DNA of 8,031 nucleotides from a virus: IMG/VR virus record IMGVR_UViG_3300008249_000001; one strand, 5' to 3'. Shown piece by piece: positions 5,726 to 8,031 of this stretch (position 1 is its first letter; each line of letters starts with the position of its first letter). The notes under the pieces were generated by a model. It saw only the letters and a program-made list of their open reading frames with translations, ran no database searches and was not told where the DNA came from. The position numbers and the translations under genes were made by a program.

Positions 5726-5887
5726 CGAGCGAGACAGCCAAGTTTTATAAAAATGCTTAGACTCAAGTTTGAAAACTCCCTTTCCATAATTAAACGAAAA
5801 CAAAACATCAATTAAGTCATTTTTAAATGAACCATCATTCTCAATAGGTGATAATTTTCTATGTAGCCTTTCTATTAACTTATTCAA
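5714..5887 (-). CDS. Possible 57-aa ORF with a TTG start (MNKLIERLHRKLSPIENDGSFKNDLIDVLFSFNYGKGVFKLESKHFYKTWLSRSRSD)
   Basis: Manual translation. GGAG lies 8 nt upstream of the TTG at 5887 and there is no in-frame ATG upstream. The 3' end overlaps repeat copy A. It is absent from the ORF track. Confidence 0.35.
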   Translation of the reverse strand: MNKLIERLHRKLSPIENDGSFKNDLIDVLFSFNYGKGVFKLESKHFYKTWLSRSRSD

Positions 5888-5914
5888 AGAATATTCTCCA
5901 ATCCTAAAGGTGCA

Positions 5915-5943
5915 TTAAAGTCACGAAACGTTTAATCGCTACG
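5915..5943. repeat. 29-nt direct repeat, copy B (TTAAAGTCACGAAACGTTTAATCGCTACG)
   Basis: It lies 218 bp from copy A and contains the palindrome AAACGTTT. It sits 14 nt downstream of the 86-aa ORF stop. Confidence 0.8.
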
Positions 5944-5956
5944 AGATCAAGATTAA

Positions 5957-6217
5957 CTAAGCCAAATCTAGACTAATGTTTTTTCTTATACCTACAGCAA
6001 TTAAATCAGAAGCCGCAGAATCTAATTTTTTATATGCCTTAGCCTCATCAGGTTCTCTTTTACTACAAATCAAAGAAGACCCTATATTTTTATTAAAGCT
6101 AACTGCTATCACGTACTCTAGCCTGTCAAAATCCTCAACATTTATGATTGAAGCACCAGTAACAGAGCCAGAATCGACCAAAAGCTTTAATTCATTTATT
6201 GTAATAAACTCTTTCAT
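5957..6217 (-). CDS. Hypothetical 86-aa accessory protein (the track ORF extends to 6355; the start at 6217 is preferred)
   Basis: The upstream 46 codons of the track ORF read through the GC-rich hairpin and the predicted promoter. The Met at 6217 is preceded by AGGGA 5 nt upstream. I recognise no motif in it. Confidence 0.55.
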   Translation of the reverse strand: MKEFITINELKLLVDSGSVTGASIINVEDFDRLEYVIAVSFNKNIGSSLICSKREPDEAKAYKKLDSAASDLIAVGIRKNISLDLA

Positions 6218-6250
6218 AGTATTCCCTATAAGATCCATTTGATTTACCAA

Positions 6251-6279
6251 AGTATATGTATCGGGAAACCATAATGCAA
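6251..6279 (-). promoter_or_regulatory. Sigma70-like promoter for the accessory cassette
   Basis: On the minus strand: -35 TTGCAT (6279..6274), a 17-nt spacer, then -10 TATACT (6256..6251). Confidence 0.45.
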
Positions 6280-6299
6280 GCTTTGTTTGTGAATAGATT

Positions 6300-6346
6300 A
6301 AAAAATGCGGAACCCTCCCCGCGAGCGGGGGCCCCTCCCATTTTTT
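6300..6346. terminator. GC-rich composite hairpin after zot (bidirectional terminator-like; alternatively an ssDNA structural element)
   Basis: Outer stem AAAAAATG (6300..6307) pairs with CATTTTTT (6339..6346). Inner stem CCCCGC (6317..6322) pairs with GCGGGG (6325..6330). This is a conspicuous GC island in an AT-rich genome, starting at the zot stop codon. Confidence 0.5.
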
Positions 6347-7520
6347 AACTATCACTAGTCATAATTTGTTTTGTGGAACTAATACCATGACTAGGAGCAT
6401 TACAGGTGATAGGTTTTACATAATCATCAAAAGTGAGAATGCCGAGACAATTATTTTTTAACTCGAATTCATAACCCGCGGCAATAAGATCCTTATCAGT
6501 TAACTGAAAGACAACCGCAGCATTCTGAGAAGCAACAAAATGAACAACGGCTTTATCTGAATTATCCCAACGCATAACACCGTTTAAATGTATCTGTAGA
6601 CCCGTATAAGGATGCCCCGCTTCAGCTTGCGCCTTCCTACGTTGCTCCTCTTCAGCTTTAGCTCTTGCTTGCTCACGTGCTAATTTTACCTCTTGCGTTT
6701 TAATCTCCGTATCAGTTAACTCCTTTTTACTCGCTGTACTTCTTTTAGTGGAAGAAACTAACGAGGGGTTAGAAACTTCTTTCTGTAGCACTTGTGAAAC
6801 TTTCTTAGATGGTTCTTTTTGACCTGACATACCATTGAAAGACATCACCGTAAAAGGAATGCCAACAAAAATAAAAGCCGCCGCAATTATGACAGTCCAA
6901 GATTTCCAAAAGGGTTTTACATCTGAAGCCGTAGCTTCAGAAGCTGATTTATTTGAACGAGTATGTGATTTATAGAATGGAAAAATATGTGATTCATAGG
7001 TTCGAAATTCGGTATTCATTACCTCACCTCTTACCCCGTCTTGAACCTTACGAATGTATTTTTTTTCAGATCCGAAAGCCGTAGCCTTTTTAACGCGATA
7101 GCAAAGCTGAACTAAATCAATAATATTCTTATCAACCTTGCCGTAAGATTGAGTAATTAACAAAACATCAGCCAATTCGTGCCGATGCATTGAAAACCAT
7201 TCTTCAACATCTTGTGGCGTTCTACCTCGCCTTAAACAAAAATGACATTCATCAATAACATACAAAGGGCCTTGACCCGTTTCAGGATGACGCCATTCAT
7301 CACCATAAAACTCAATTGTAGAAAAAGCCCGAATCACACCTTTATTATCAATAATTTGAATTAGTTCTTTAGCTTTCGGATAAACCTTTTCAAAGTAATC
7401 AAGATTAAGAGGAAGATTTGTAATAACTTTACGCCCTTCCTGAATTGCTGGAATGACATGATAAGCAACAGCTTCATATGATTTACCTCCGCCCGGTTGA
7501 CCAAGTAATAAATTAATCAT
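6345..7520 (-). CDS. zot: Zot-like / pI assembly ATPase, 391 aa
   Basis: Walker A GQPGGGKS (7479..7502). Walker B-like LYVIDECH. A single central TM segment WTVIIAAAFIFVGIPFTVMSF. The start overlaps the upstream gene by 4 nt (ATGA) and has an SD GAGG. Confidence 0.85.
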   Translation of the reverse strand: MINLLLGQPGGGKSYEAVAYHVIPAIQEGRKVITNLPLNLDYFEKVYPKAKELIQIIDNKGVIRAFSTIEFYGDEWRHPETGQGPLYVIDECHFCLRRGRTPQDVEEWFSMHRHELADVLLITQSYGKVDKNIIDLVQLCYRVKKATAFGSEKKYIRKVQDGVRGEVMNTEFRTYESHIFPFYKSHTRSNKSASEATASDVKPFWKSWTVIIAAAFIFVGIPFTVMSFNGMSGQKEPSKKVSQVLQKEVSNPSLVSSTKRSTASKKELTDTEIKTQEVKLAREQARAKAEEEQRRKAQAEAGHPYTGLQIHLNGVMRWDNSDKAVVHFVASQNAAVVFQLTDKDLIAAGYEFELKNNCLGILTFDDYVKPITCNAPSHGISSTKQIMTSDS

Positions 7521-7855
7521 GAGCCAAGCCTCACAAAAGGAATTAACTGAAGTGAAAAGCGGATAAGAATAGATGCTGCAATCATACCCAAGGCGACATC
7601 AAGACCAATCAAACCAATCATGTTAGAGACTTCAGAGGGTAAACCATCGATATATTGCTGAAGATCAAAGGGCGACTGACCACCTGAAACATAATTCAAC
7701 ATATGCAAAACCAAGAGCATTAATTGCTCAACAACCATAAGCAAAATATCTGTTGTCATTTCATAAACAGAGAGCAACATACTCTTAAAAAAGTTAATCG
7801 TATTTGTATACATACAACCAAAAAACTCTGCTAACCAATCCGTTACACCATCCAT
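7517..7855 (-). CDS. pVI-like minor coat protein (Ace-position homolog), 112 aa
   Basis: It lies between the pIII-like genes and zot. It is a multi-hydrophobic-segment protein ending LQLIPFVRLGS. The SD GGAG lies within the last codons of paralog B. Confidence 0.65.
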   Translation of the reverse strand: MDGVTDWLAEFFGCMYTNTINFFKSMLLSVYEMTTDILLMVVEQLMLLVLHMLNYVSGGQSPFDLQQYIDGLPSEVSNMIGLIGLDVALGMIAASILIRFSLQLIPFVRLGS

Positions 7856-7858
7856 TTT

Positions 7859-8031
7859 CTAAGCTCCAAAAATAATAAAACGACAAGTAAAACCCGCTGT
7901 AATCAACAAGGCCAAGCGAATAAATCCGTAAATAATAGGGGGTGGCTCAAGATCAAATGAACCAAAGTTAAAAGGTTTAAAATTCATATCAAAAACAAAT
8001 TCTGGAACATCACCAGAACTAGGCCATTGCA
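7859..8031 (-). CDS. 3' end of pIII-like paralog B (7859..7908 is unique sequence; 7909..8031 duplicates 1..123)
   Basis: The frame is continuous with 1..1030 across the junction. It ends ...IIYGFIRLALLITAGFTCRFIIFGA-TAG (stop at 7859..7861), 3 nt before the pVI-like start. Confidence 0.75.
   Translation of the reverse strand, partial: QWPSSGDVPEFVFDMNFKPFNFGSFDLEPPPIIYGFIRLALLITAGFTCRFIIFGA
7909..8031. repeat. Terminal overlap, copy 2 (identical to 1..123)
   Basis: Exact match on manual comparison. Confidence 0.95.

Larger units (their letters stand above)
1..7908 (-). mobile_element. Complete circular filamentous-phage (inovirus-like) genome unit, 7,908 bp; coding strand is the window minus strand
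   Basis: The canonical inovirus module order Rep, ssDNA-binding, small membrane proteins, about 44-aa major coat, pIII-like, pVI-like, Zot/pI is all on one strand. The exact 123-nt end overlap gives a unit length of 7,908. A reading frame is continuous across the junction. Confidence 0.85.

Noticed and set aside
5976-6242. The 88-aa plus-strand ORF antisense to the 86-aa accessory ORF
   Set aside because: There is no SD upstream of its ATG (aaatctagactaATG). The minus-strand ORF has a promoter and an RBS. However, neither product has recognisable homology, so this is the least certain strand call in the window.

Overview
The window is a complete, circularly closed filamentous-phage (inovirus-like) genome of 7,908 bp. 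It is shown as the reverse complement of its coding strand. Positions 1..123 are repeated exactly at 7909..8031, and one gene reads across that junction. The genome is AT-rich. Every convincing gene except one small regulator module lies on the minus strand. Gene order on the minus strand is as follows. An HTH/coiled-coil protein (5610..5179) comes first, followed by a terminator-like hairpin. Next is the HUH rolling-circle Rep (5044..3455), then a bidirectional terminator. A divergent plus-strand RHH-like gene (3064..3261) with an operator cluster sits here. The minus-strand genes then continue with a gV-like ssDNA-binding protein (2964..2653), a 78-aa membrane protein, a 44-aa leaderless Pf3-type major coat protein, a 32-aa hydrophobic peptide and a strong terminator. 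Two tandem pIII-like adsorption-protein paralogs follow. The second (1030..1, continuing 7908..7859) crosses the circular junction and is absent from the ORF track. After them come a pVI-like protein, the Zot/pI assembly ATPase and a GC-rich hairpin. A promoter-driven accessory cassette of unknown function (about 6279..5714) closes the circle and is bracketed by 29-nt direct repeats. I found no secretin (pIV), integrase, tRNA, rRNA or CRISPR. The most interesting items are the duplicated and diversified receptor-binding genes, one carrying six tandem Cys-YWY-Cys mini-modules. Also of interest are the antisense-embedded RHH switch between rep and the structural operon, and the uncharacterised cassette at the cargo position after zot. 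All functional calls rest on motifs, size and synteny read by eye; no database search was possible.
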